This document shows positions 25,620 to 37,649 of a DNA stretch of 64,000 nucleotides, piece by piece. Source of the DNA: Negaprion brevirostris (Eukaryota); the NCBI GenBank assembly GCA_030324005.1, contig JARDVH010000106.1, forward strand, positions 28,434,698-28,498,697. Reading direction: 5' to 3'. The notes beneath the pieces were generated by a model. That model made no database searches. It worked only from the letters and a program-made list of their open reading frames with translations, and was not told the DNA's origin. The position numbers and the translations under genes are program-made. The stretch's first letter is position 1, and each line of letters begins with the position of its first letter.

Positions 25620-26450
25620 ATAAACATTCACACCCTCCACCACCAGCACACTGCAGCATTGTGTACCACATGCAAAATGCATTGCAGCAACTAATCAAGG
25701 CCACCTCAACAGCACCTACCAAACTTGCAGCCACCACTACTAGAAAAAGAGTAGCAGACACATGGGAACATAAGCACCAGCAAGTTTCCCTCACCGTCCT
25801 GACTTGGAACTGTATTCATGATGTGGAGATGCCAGCGTTGGACTGGGTAAACCCAGTAAGAAGTCTCACAACACCAGGTTAAAGTCCAACCAATTTATTT
25901 GATAGTAAACTCTCAAACTTTCAGGGTTTGCTCCTTCATCAGGTGAATGGAGAGTTCTGGCCTCAGATAGAGTGCACTGTTATATGCTCTGTCTGANNNN
26001 NNNNNNNNNNNNNNNNNNNNNNNNNNNNNNNNNNNNNNNNNNNNNNNNNNNNNNNNNNNNNNNNNNNNNNNNNNNNNNNNNNNNNNNNNNNNNNNNTCAC
26101 ATTGTCTGCATCTTTAAGACTTGAATAGCAGGTTAGTTGTAAAGACTCGCATTCTAATCAGTAATCTGTAAACCGTGTGTGCTGTTATATGCTCTGTCTG
26201 AGGCCAAAACTCTCCATTCACCTGACGAAGGGGCAAAACCCACAAGCTTGCGAGTTTACTATCAAATAAATCTGTTGGAACTATATTGCCATTCTTTCAC
26301 TGTTCCTGGGTTAGAACCCTAGAAATAGCACTGTTTATACCTACACCATGTATGTATGCACACTACAGCAGCTCACCACAACCTTCAAGGGCAATCAAGA
26401 AAGGCAAGAAATGCTACCTTTGCCAGTAATACCCACATTTCATGAAGAAT
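25620..26450 (+). mobile_element. CR1/L2-group LINE 3' end hosting a Penelope-like insert
   Basis: CATGGGAACA...CAAGTTTCCC...CCTGACTTGGAAC, then the insert, then TATTGCCATTCTTTCACTG...CAGCTCACCAC...CAAGGGCAATC...CCCACATTTCATGAAGAAT. Confidence 0.7.
25817..26274. mobile_element. Penelope-like element remnant with inverted termini and two hammerhead-like motifs
   Basis: Minus copy CAC-CTGATGA-AGGAGCAAACCCT-GAAA (~25918-25945) and plus copy CAC-CTGACGA-AGGGGCAAAACCC (~26219-26241). Flanked by TTGGAACTGTATT (25804-25816) and TTGGAACTATATT (26275-26287). Confidence 0.75.
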
Positions 26451-26823
26451 TTTTTTAAAAAAGTTACAATCTGGAGAATGTCTGAAAGGTGGTGGAAGCA
26501 GATTTAATAGTTACCCACAAAAGGGTAATATTTAGAGCTATGGGTGGATGTTGAGGTGGGGTGGTGTTGGAGATGGGTAGTTGGAGGGAACCAGGTCTAA
26601 GTGGTTACCTCTACCAAAGTGCAGTGATGGATTAAATCATTCCATGATTTTGAATGAACAGAACTGAATGAGCTCAGAGGGACTAATCAACAGCATGGAG
26701 TAACAACCGACTCATCAATTTTATTGTTCAGGCAATCTTGTTTAAAATAGCTTTAAAAAACCAAGAATGTCAAACCACACTCACAATAAGAAATGTATTC
26801 TAACACTGAAAAAGGACACAAAA

Positions 26824-27139
26824 GCAGCACAATGGCATCGTGGTTAGCACTGCTGCTTCACAACACCAGGGGCCCAGGTTCAATTCCAACCTCAGGTGAC
26901 TGTGTGGAGTTTGCACATTCTCTGTATGCCTGTGTGGGTTTCCTCTGGTGCTCCAGTTTCACCCCACAGTGGAAACGTGTGGAGGCTGGGTTGATCGGCC
27001 ATGCTAAATGGGCCCTTGAGTCGGGGGGACTAGCAGGATNNNNNNNNNNNNNNNNNNNNNGATTGGGCCTGGTTGGGATTGTTATCAGTGCAGGTTCAAT
27101 GGGCCAAATGGCCACCTTCTCTACTGGAGGGATTCTATG
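26824..27139 (+). mobile_element. HE1 V-SINE, near full length
   Basis: A/B-box head (TGGTTAGCACTGCTGC...GGTTCAATTCC), V-domain, and GGGCCAAATGGCC...GGGATTCTATG tail. Confidence 0.85.
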
Positions 27140-27779
27140 AAATTCCATATGAGGTGAATGAAGAATCAAAAAAAACTCTTTAATCCAGAAACAAATTAAT
27201 TCAGAGAAATTAGAACATAAAAACTCCTCCGCAATACAATTCCTGGCTGCTCATTCAACCACTACACATCCTGCCTCCTGGATCTCTATTTAGTTCTCTC
27301 TACTTTACTACCTGATGGCTTTAAAAGGTCTCCTTAAACTTCTTCCACTATGGCATTGTCACCCTCCACCTGCAAATCTTCATGGTTTTCCCTCATACCT
27401 GGCATGTACTGTTTCTTCTTTAACCTATTGTGCTTGGAGACATTTAACCTCAAATTAAAACACTGGAGAAATACAAATTGTAATGTGGAAAAATAAATAC
27501 CACTACACCAGGGAACGGTCTTGAGGTTGGAAGGAAAGCACACTGTTGACAGAAAGCAGAACCAGCTTTGCACTACATTTGCTCTGTGCTATACCTGAAC
27601 TGTGCAAAGGAATATAGTGAGGAAAACCTAAATTTCCTAATCAGCAACTTGATTAGAAATCAAAAGAACTGATTTTGTTTTACAACTTCTCCTTCCTTAA
27701 AACGTGATTAAATCAGAAATATTGCAAGTTATTTGCCTGTTCCAACTCTACACTGCAGCTTCTTTCTAATATCTGCAGG

Positions 27780-29240
27780 TGGAATGCAGAGCTTATATAA
27801 TTAAATTTGTGACAATGGCTGTAAATGTATTGAGAAGCAAGGGTCAGGGATCATTTAGGTAATGGCAATCACAATGTAAGAGATGTGGGTAAAAATTGAG
27901 AAGTACATATGAAAGAAAACAATCAAAAGTAATAAATTGGGGCAGGAAAGGTTATTTTAAAATGGAGCTCAGGAAAATAAATTTGAAACACATACAAATA
28001 AAAAATGAATTAAAACTGCAGTGAATCCAGGAGCATTACATCCCATTAAAAAGCAAGTAGATAATAATCATGCAAGAATTTTTTAAAAAGGGCAAAATGG
28101 AAAATAAAAACACATTACAAATACCTAGACTACAAAAGAGAGGATGCCTAAAAGAGAAAATATAAAGATCAGAAAAGTTTAAAAAAGCAACTAAGACATT
28201 GAAAAGTTACAAAACTAAATTGTCCCGGAATTTAATAATGAAATATTTGATACAGAATAAATTAAGAAAGCCACAAAGTAGGAAGATAACTAATCAAATT
28301 AGAGAAGATAAGATCCCTTGTCCACATGAACTCCATCTGTGCATAATCCAAGTTGAAGAAATGACAGAGGGACAATTGAAAATTGAAAACAAAAAGGGAA
28401 CAGAGAACAAGATACAGCTAATATGGTTCTTATATTTAAAAATTGAGATAGAACAAGTCCAGAGAACAAGAGAGCAATAAACACAATGCCTTTGGTAGGC
28501 AAGATAAATGGAATCCTTACTCAAACAAGTAATTGAAAAACATTTAGAAACCACACTAGCATTGAAACTTTCTGAATTCTTTGATGTAATATACTGTCCT
28601 CAGGGAGTGCGGCATCAGTTTGCCAAAATCATACCTGAAATTAGGAGGCTGCACAAACTAGGGTTCCTTTTCCTGGAATTTAGATAAGAAGTGATCTGAT
28701 CGTAATTTAAGATATTAGGGGGAACAGAAAGGGTAAATAGAAATGAATTGTTTTCACTGGCTGGGGAATCAAAGCTTCAGAGGACAACTATAAAAATCAA
28801 AACTAGATCTTTCAGAAGTGAGATTAACGAATACATAGGAAGTATGGTAAAAGTTTGAAACTGTCTTGCACAAAATCGACCATTGAGAGATCAACTGTAA
28901 ATTTTAAATCTGAAGCTAATAAATTATCCACTTATAGTAAAGAATATGGGGCAAAAGCATGTCTCTGGACATAGGAAACAGAGCAGCCGTAATCTTACTG
29001 AATGGTAGCAGAAGCAAGCTAGAGGAGTGAATTAACCTACTCCTGTTCCTAATCGAAAATATAATCAAGCGTAGTCAGCACAGGTTTCAAAAGGAAGGTC
29101 ATGTTTGACCATCTTATTGAATTTCTGAAGCAGCAGATAAGGGTAATCTGCTAAATCTAATAGATTTGGATTTAAGGGTCCTTTGATAAGGTATTATGTT
29201 ATAGATTTACAATTAAGGTTAGATCACATGGACTGGAAGT
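27780..29240 (+). mobile_element. Decayed CR1 fragments (EN/linker, 3' end, further RT piece)
   Basis: GATCATTTAGGTAATGGCAATCAC (resembling HLGxSDH), CR1 3'UTR at ~28980-29050, and SQHRFQKGRSCLT at ~29073-29111. Confidence 0.6.
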
Positions 29241-29849
29241 ATTCTCCCTTTCCTCTTTCATAGTCTCCCTAATACTTTCAACATCCCATCTCAATGGCTG
29301 CTCAGTCTAATTCATCTGCCTTTTCTCAAATCAAATCATATTAAGCTTGTATTGTTCCTCACGGTCCATTTTCAGCATGACACTCCATAATAAACTTCAT
29401 TAATCTTGTCTTTAATCGATATTTAGACTTTCCCTTTGCACTCTTAATTCTCACTTCCTTGGTGCATCTGCCAACTTAGGGCATGATACTTTTGATTCCC
29501 TGAATTGTGTCAGATGATCCCACAGTTTCATGTTGATCAAAATGCTCACTTAGTCACATGCATTTATAGAAGTCTTCATAACTTCTGTTATACCTACACT
29601 AATGACCATTCTGGAGCATTGACGCTATTTACTAAAACTGCAGTCAATTAAACATGCTTACGAACACAAAACGGTCAACACAACTGACAGCTTCTTTCAG
29701 CTGAGGTTATTCCACTTAGTTAGCTCTTCCCTTTCCATTACTTCTGCATACATGTTAACATGCAGCATCCTCACTATATTCCTCCTCCGACCACACCTGG
29801 ATCGGACTATGTCTTAGCTCATGACCTGCAATTTATACTACGTTTTTCT

Positions 29850-30138
29850 TTCATTCTTTCATGGGATGTGGCCATTGTTAGCAAGGCCAGCAATTTTTGC
29901 CCATCCCCAATTGCCCCTTGAACAGAATGGCTTGCTAGGCCATTTCAGGGGCAGTTAAGTTAAGTCAACCACACTGCTGAGGATCTGGTGTCACATGTAG
30001 GCGAGTTTTTTTCCTACAGATTTTATTAATTGACTTTAAATTCCACCAGCTGCTTTGGTGGGATTTGAACCTATAGTCCCAGAAAATTAGCCTGGGCCTC
30101 TGGAATGCTGATGACATTTCTACTAAACTACTGCCTCT
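29850..30138 (-). mobile_element. tRNA-derived SINE
   Basis: Reverse of the 19733-20013 family, with reverse B-box GGGATTTGAACC. Confidence 0.65.
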
Positions 30139-30682
30139 CTTTTATTTCCCACGTTCTTTCCTACCTCCATTAATTTGATCCAATTCATCAGAAAAGATCT
30201 TTTTTCAAAAACCCACAAAAGCAAATGTGCATGATCATGCCCTATGCTCCCCTTGTACAGCGCACTCATTATCCCTATTGTCTCTCTTCTCCACTTGCCT
30301 GAGATTTGTCCCCATTAGTTTGTAGTATTCTTGTAAGCAATCTGAGCATAATTGTTCAGGCATATGGTACTAAAATGATAGTATGCAACCAAGCTACTGG
30401 CATTTAGGTTTTACAGAGATGTGATTATTTTGATGACAGCTGTACTATACTGAATGCTCTAAGCATGTGGTTATAGTGCCTTCTCTGTTGAGGTGATGCA
30501 AATAGTTATTTCAGTAATCACTACCAGTTGCAAATCCACATTAATGTTTTCTGTGCAATATACAACAGAAAGCAACAAAGCTGACACAAAATTGATTTCA
30601 TTTGAGAAATCAAGGGCTGAAGAACATACAAATTTTTAGAAATCCTATTTTTGATTTCGAGGATGTTTGAACCATTTGAGCC

Positions 30683-30817
30683 AGTTAGGTGCACTGGCCA
30701 TGCTAAATTCTCCCTCAGTGTACCTGAATAGGCAGCTGAGTTTTGCAATGAGGAAATTTTCACAGTAACTTCATTGCAGTGTTAATGAAAGCCTACTTGT
30801 GAGAATATTAAATAAAC
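30683..30817 (+). mobile_element. MER6-like V-SINE 3' fragment
   Basis: GTTAGGTGCACTGGCCATGCTAAATT...CACAGTAACTTCATTGCAGTGTTAATG. Confidence 0.75.
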
Positions 30818-30929
30818 AAGATCACTTTATTCAGGTACACAGTGAGTCAGCACAATATCTAGTTACAAATGTCACTGAATTCATATTTGGGGACANNNNG
30901 GGAATTCTAACCTCTCTTACAACAGACTA

Positions 30930-32830
30930 TTGACCAGCCTGAAATTAATGAGATTCTGGACTCATGGCACAACTGAGAATGAGACGGCACTGAGTGTTCC
31001 ATTCCGTGAGAGGAAACTATTGCCAAGTGAGGCTGCTGAAGATTACATTCTGGAACTAAAAAACTCACTCATCACTATGGATATGGCACAAACTTAGAAA
31101 TTAATCTTAGAGATATTTTTGTAGGAGACCCAGAAGACAATAAATTTGAGGCCAAACTCCTGAGGAAAGGGGTGGGGAGGTCCATCGGATTTTACTAAGA
31201 TCCAGGTTATAGAAACCAAATTCACAATTTCGGAGGCAGGAATTTAGATGCTTCCATTGTTATAATAGTTACCAAATATTTAAATATCCCCATTTCCAAA
31301 GTGCGGCGCTTGAGGGAAAGCCAGTCAGAGCTAGGCAGCATGCAGAAGCAGAGGAAATGGTAATGCTCCAGATCGCAGCTGTGCACCAGATGAAGGTTGT
31401 GGTAGATCTCAAGCTAGGTCAGCAGCGTGGAGATCCAAGACTGCATGTACGATATGTGGAAACAGAAGATGATGTTATAGAGCAGGAAGATCAAGAGTTG
31501 CAGTCAAGAGTGGAAGAAAAGCAGCATGTGAAAGATGAGACTGGGTTGAAGACAGAATTCCAGTACCCACAACAGAAATTATTCACAACTTTCTTGCACC
31601 ATTAAGACAGCTGCAGATGTGTCTCTTACCTCAGAAGGAAAGTACAAGTCTCTGAGTTAAATTCCCTTAAGTAAAACTGACTAGTCATTCCATTAACAAT
31701 ATTCCAGTATTGGTGAAGTTGATGTTGAGTTGAAAACAATGATGCATCCTATTACTTGCCAAGAGTAATAGGCAGAAGGAACAACGTCTCAACGATGGAA
31801 AGGAACTGGTTTAAGAAAATCCTGTTTAGCTGAGCAGATATAGTATGTCTGACATCGACAGTACAAAATGATCTTTGAGAAAGGCAGACAAAATGATAAA
31901 ATTAGGCATCACAAGGCCAAAGTCAAGATAAAGGACAATATACAGCTGATATTTTGCAAGGCTAGGCCAGTGGCTCATACAGAGCTGGAAGCAAGAAGAA
32001 CTGGATTAGAAAGAACAGGGACAATTAAGATGATGAAAAGTTATGAAGTATGCCTCAGAATGAGAAACAATCCTATCAAAGTCCCTTTCCTTCCGTGGTC
32101 AAACACGAAGAAACTGTGGGAGTGAATGCTGATTTATTTGAAGTGGAAGGCAAAAATAACTCCAGCAAGTGGATGAATGCTGAGTCTATGTCCAACAGTA
32201 CAAGCACAGTGCTGAGCACAGCTGCCCCTCAGTGCCGGGTTCTATTCCAGTCTTGGGTGACTCGTGTGGAGTTTACACGTTCTCACCATGTCTGCATGGG
32301 TTTTCTTCCACAGTCCAAAGGTGTGGTTAGATGGACTGGCCATGCTAAATTGCCCCTTATCATCTAATGATGTGTCAATAGGTGGATTAGCCATGGTAAA
32401 TTCAGAGGGTTACGAGGATAGGGCAGAAGGAAGGGATGCCCTTTCGGAGAGTTAGTATGGATTCGATGGGCCAGATGGTCTGTTTCTGCACTAAGGATTC
32501 TACAGTTCAATGGTATTAAAATTATTGAGATTTTGGGAAGTTGGTTTGCAATTCATAGGTTGCCTGCGGTGTGAGTCAGATAATGGCTCACAGTCTACAT
32601 CAAGAGAGTTTGAAATGCTTCAGTAAAAATCAAGTTAAATATACTCTAATACAGCATCAACAAGTACTGCTGAAAGAAGTGTACAGATTGTGAGATCTTT
32701 GCGAAAGTATTTGCTAGATGACAAGCTAGGCAGTAGTTTCCATGTTTCTCTTTAGCACAGGCTAGACAATCTTATGTTCTCTTAAAGGATAACCCCATAC
32801 TCTCAAAGAGTTTGCTCACCTGATGAATTA
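30930..32830 (+). mobile_element. Decayed Ty3/Gypsy internal region (gag, protease-adjacent, integrase)
   Basis: gag-like AAEDYILELK...NLEINLRDIF; RNWFKKI; IFCKARPVAH...GLERTGTIK; integrase PW...SKWMNAESMSNSTS, SDNGSQSTSREFE and AERSVQIV. Confidence 0.75.
32205..32507 (+). mobile_element. HE1 V-SINE inserted in the Gypsy integrase
   Basis: Head, V-domain and tail are present, and integrase motifs continue on both sides. Confidence 0.8.
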
Positions 32831-34359
32831 GACAGTTCAGTGCTGGTCAGAAGATCAAAGCAGAAGCAGGTGACTGGAGTTGTTGTAAAGAGTCTAAGTG
32901 ACCCACTGCAATCCACGTGACATAGCTTCATTGTGCTGTTAAGAAAAGAGTTCAGCCCAATAAATAGCAAAGGAAGTCCAAGTGTGAATGGTGTGGGGTT
33001 TGGAAAGGAATTTGCAGGATGTGGTGTTGCCATGTACCTGCTACCCTTGTCTTTTTAGGTGTTGAGAGCACAGGTTTGGAAGGTGCTGTTGGTGGAAGTT
33101 CAAGTTACTGCAATGCACCTTTTATATTGTGTACAGTGCTGCCATTGTGCCACCTCTTGTCAAATGATATAATTGTTAAACATATGACGATTGAGCAAAA
33201 ATTTCTTCTAACTTGCAAGCAAATCTGTTAGATTTTCAGATGTTGCTAATTGCTGCATTTTCTCCATGAATTTAATTGGTTCTGCAAAAATGTCATGAAT
33301 GCTGACTATCTTTCCATTCTTTGGCTCAATGGAGAGCAATCATCATTTCACACTTCACTCCATGAAGAGCTTCATGGCTCAAACAATCAACTTCCATCTC
33401 TTCTTCCCTTTTCTATTTCAAGATCAACACCCCACACCGCTCCCCCCTCCCCAGACACATGCATTCTCGTGTAATTCTCGTGTAGTTCTATTGGGTTACT
33501 CAATGGCTATCCAGCTCAATTTTTGCTTTAACTCATTTCCAGTGTTTACATCAATCCTCCTCAACTTCCTACAACAATTCAGTTGTCTCCCCAATTCAAC
33601 TCTTCAAAGTTATGGGAGGTAAATTTCTCTCTCCAGTGCTCGTTTTTTTTAATTTCTGGGTTGTTTGTTTCCTCCCTTTCCTTCACTTTTTACCAGCTTT
33701 GTCACCTATTATTTTTTAACCCTTAACCAGATTCAGGATTTGTCTGACACTTTTCAAATACTTCCTTTAGCTAACACCAACCATCTACATGTACTTTTAT
33801 TATTTTGTAATTAGTCACTCAGTCTGAACCTCAACCCAGCTTGTCTTTCAACTCCTCCAAATTTTACTTTCTCCTATACGTACCATGCTTTATTCAAAAT
33901 AAAATCTTTGATCACATTCAAATTGTGATCAGAATCAATACCTGCACCAGTAAATCTTATTATTTCTGTACCTGTTTCAGGATGTAGCCATAGGACTGAC
34001 TACATGTAATACTTCTGCGTGAAGTGGAAAAAAATCTGCCATAACCCCTTCCCCAACCCCAACCCCAACCCCACATAGCCAACCAGACAGTTCTACAGAC
34101 TGGCATAAGAAGCCAAATTTTGGTGAAGTGTCCCAATCCTAGCAGAGGAAAAATGCAATAGATAGAATTTTATGTTATTTGGATTTTTCATCCGAAGAGT
34201 CAGCTGCATGGTCAGAAATTTAATACTTCAAACTTATCCAATAGACACTGCGCTACTGTTAGATACAAATCCTACTTTGTATAATTCCTACAGGATCTCA
34301 ACTAAGGCGCTCAAGGCTGTACAAGAACAAATGATAGTGTATTTATTGGAATACATGGG

Positions 34360-35140
34360 ATTAAGAATAGAAAAGCACAGAAACAGGCCATTTAGCCCAA
34401 TGAGTCCACACTGCTGTTTATGCTCCATTTGAACCTCTTCCCATCTTTCCTCATTTACATCTACTGTCACAATCCTTCTCCTTCAAAGTTTGTCTTGCTT
34501 GCCATTATATGAATTTTATTTGTCACATGTACCTTTAAAAGGAATGCCAATGAGTAAACCATTTAATTATGGTTGCTGTTGTGCACAGAAGTAATGTCAG
34601 AAGTGGTTGAATGGATTAACAGTATATAAAAGTATTGGGAANNNNNNNNNNNNNNNNNNNNNNNNNNNNNNNNNNNNNNNNNNNNNNNNNNNNNNNNNNN
34701 NNNNNNNNNNNNNNNNNNNNNNNNNNNNNNNNNNNNNNNNNAAAGTGGAACTGATCCACTTCAGATCAGCCATGATCTTATTGAATGGCGGGGCAGACTC
34801 GAAGGGCTAGATGGCCTATTCCTGCTCCTATTTCTTATGTTCTTATGTTCCCTGTGGTCATGAGTCCACATCCTTACCACTCTTGGAGAAAGAAATTTCT
34901 TCTAAATTCCCTATTAAATTTCTTGGTGACTATCTTATATTGATAGCCTTATAAACATTTTTTCTTCTTCCACTCAATCAAAACCTGTCATAATTCTCAA
35001 TACCTCTGTTTACTCACCCCTCAGCTTTCTTTTGTCTAATGAAAAAGACCCAATCTGTCAATCCTTTCCTTCTTCTGAATTTCCAAACATTTCTGCTATC
35101 ATCCTTGCAAATTTTTTCTACACCCTTCCCAATACTTTTA
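34360..35140 (-). mobile_element. Old CR1 3' fragment, interrupted at 34519-34849
   Basis: Starts with reverse tail GCACAGAAACAGGCCATTTAGCCC and resumes CCTGTGGTCATGAGTCCACATCCTTACCACTC at ~34850. Confidence 0.65.
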
Positions 35141-35248
35141 TATACTGTTAATCCATTCAACCACTTCTGACATTACTTCTGTGCACAACAGCAATCATAA
35201 TTAAATGGTTTACTCATTGGCATTCCTTTTAAAGGTACGTGTGACAAA
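34519..35248. repeat. 123-bp inverted repeat (34519-34641 vs 35126-35248)
   Basis: Direct comparison shows 2 mismatches in 123 bp. The left arm runs into an N gap. Confidence 0.95.
34742..34849 (+). mobile_element. Young CR1 3' end
   Basis: GATCAGCCATGATCTTATTGAATGGCGGGGCAGACTCGAAGGGCTAGATGGCCTATTCCTGCTCCTATTTCTTATGTTCTTATGTTC, same family as 1677-1804, with CpGs retained. Confidence 0.85.
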
Positions 35249-36209
35249 GTCTCCACAATGCAAGGTTATGAGAATTGAGAAGTCTCTTAGTGCAGTATTC
35301 CTATTCACAAATTTAAGTCAGTTTACTCAATTAAAACATATTGCCAAAAAATTAGCTTCAATCATTAGAAACGATTGAGGGTGAACCATCTGACAAATTG
35401 CAAAAAGATAGGTTGTATAGCAAACAACTGTAAACCCATTCTACGCTTTAAAACCATATTTTCTGCCAAGATTTCATTAATATAATTGGAAACTCTGATT
35501 ATGTTCTCTATGTTACATAACTCTAGTTATGTTCTCATGAAAAGATGAGAAATGCGATCCAGACACTCCAAACTAAAGAAATGTGACAGCACCCTATGCT
35601 CCCTCAAGTCTTGTGGTTTACTTCTACATTAACAGATTCTCAAAGCCATGTGGCATCAGTAGGTTCCAAGAGGCAAAAGTAGGAAATAAGGGAGAATAAA
35701 AGCTTAACATACGGCACCTTATTTCCATCCTGCTTCCAGTTGCATTCATAAAGACAGAAAAATAGGTTTTCAGTCTTTGTGATGCATGGCTATTCCAAAA
35801 AGAATGATGAACCTGTCATTTCACATACCTTTTCACTATTGGCAATGCAATTTCAAATTGCACTTAGTTGATAAAGACTTTGAGGTTGTAAATATTGTGT
35901 GAATGTTAAGAAATGAAAGATTTTTATATTTCAAAAATCACACAAGGTTCATATTGAACCTTGTAAAATTTCTAGTACATTTAGAATGTTAATTCAGAAT
36001 TTTGACTAGCATCCTCTACATACATTTTCCTCAAGATTCTGACAACATGTAATCAACAACTCAAATCTGAAACCCATCTGTCAAAGTTTAATTTCCATAA
36101 GAATGCTTTTATAACATCAAAACTTATTTTCCAAATTACAGTGAAAGGGTCAATAACAATTAACTTTAAATATATATGCAGTTACCATACAAATAATCTG
36201 ATCACAATA

Positions 36210-36310
36210 CTGAGAACAGTCATCCAGACTCAAAACATTAGCTGTGTTCTCTCTCCACAGATGCTGTCAGACCTGCTGAGATTTTCCAGCATCTTCTGTA
36301 TTTGTGTTTG
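36210..36310 (+). mobile_element. Penelope-derived short repeat
   Basis: GTCATCCAGACTCAAAACATTAGCT...CTCTCCACAGATGCTGTCAGACCTGCTGAG, same family as the arms at 52039-52235. Confidence 0.6.
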
Positions 36311-37649
36311 GAAGACGGTTGNNNNNNNNNNNNNNNNNNNNNNNNNNNNNNNNNNNNNNNNNNNNNNNNNNNNNNNNNNNNNNNNNNNNNNNNNNNNNNN
36401 NNNNNNNNNNNNNNNNNNNNNNNNNNNNNNNNNNNNNNNNNNNNNNNNNNNNNNNNNNNNNNNNNNNNNNNNNNNNNNNNNNNNNNNNNNNNNNNNNNNN
36501 NNNNNNNNNNNNNNNNNNNNNNNNNNNNNNNNNNNNNNNNNNNNNNNNNNNNNNNNNNNNNNNNNNNNNNNNNNNNNNNNNNNNNNNNNNNNNNNNNNNN
36601 NNNNNNNNNNNNNNNNNNNNNNNNNNNNNNNNNNNNNNNNNNNNNNNNNNNNNNNNNNNNNNNNNNNNNNNNNNNNNNNNNNNNNNNNNNNNNNNNNNNN
36701 NNNNNNNNNNNNNNNNNNNNNNNNNNNNNNNNNNNNNNNNNNNNNNNNNNNNNNNNNNNNNNNNNNNNNNNNNNNNNNNNNNNNNNNNNNNNNNNNNNNN
36801 NNNNNNNNNNNNNNNNNNNNNNNNNNNNNNNNNNNNNNNNATCTTCACAGTTCTGCTTAAATGTTGCTCAATACGTTTGATTTCTAAAAAGAAAACTGGA
36901 AACAGGGACGTGACTAGATCATTTCGGGTTGCGTGTAGTACTCCTGGCATTTTCACAAAATGAAAACGTCTAGAAATAATTAACATGTACAATTCGCTCT
37001 TCATATTAAGTAACAGCAATCAGAGAGAAAGAAAAGAGGACTTGCCGCTTCCTTGCAATGGTCCAAAAAAACACTTGTATCAGATTACACTTAATATTCT
37101 CTCCACCAACCCCCTCCCCCGGGCCCAATCCACCCTGCAACAGAGGAGCTGGGAAAAAAAAGGGTGAAGGAAAGCAAATAAACCTTCATCCCACCACGTT
37201 TTATCCCTGCAACACCCCCATGGTCCAAGAATCACCAGGCAATCAGGAGCAGGAATCACCGCCACAATAACATGCAACAAATAACCTCATAAAGTCCCCT
37301 CACCTCCCCTGACTTTACTTTTAATGCACAGCAGAAATCCAAGGGAACTGTNNNNNNNNNNNNNNNNNNNNNNNNNNNNNNNNNNNNNNNNNNNNNNNNN
37401 NNNNNNNNNNNNNNNNNNNNNNNNNNNNNNNNNNNNNNNNNNNNNNNNNNNGGGAACTGTGCTGCTTGATAGCAAATAGTTTAAAAGGCTGAGCACCAAA
37501 ATGAGTTACCATAGTAGATGGGGGGGGGGGGGGGGGGGGTAGGTGGGGGGGGCGAAGGGAGACAAGCTTGCAGCAAACAGTGCCTCGAATAACAGGAGAC
37601 AGTTAATCCCCTGGCTGCAGGCAGAGCCATTGCAGGGGCTGGGAAGCCA

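Larger units (their letters stand above)
24610..26650 (+). mobile_element. Old CR1 LINE RT to 3' end, interrupted at ~25580-26460
   Basis: TCAAAGTTCGCAGATGAC (SKFADD) at ~25008-25025. CR1 3' features resume at ~26460 (GTGGTGGAAGCAGATTTAATAG). Confidence 0.65.

Noticed and set aside
33300-33960. Possible very decayed Penelope GIY-YIG/3' region
   Set aside because: The resemblance is too faint to support without an alignment.
36141-37019. Longest ORFs in the track (192-250 aa)
   Set aside because: They are open only because they read through the N gap at 36322-36840.
37341-37462. Short direct repeats flanking N gaps (GGGAACTGT here, CTTACC at ~10345/10360, CTCTC at ~39355/39460)
   Set aside because: Most likely contig-overlap artefacts of scaffolding.
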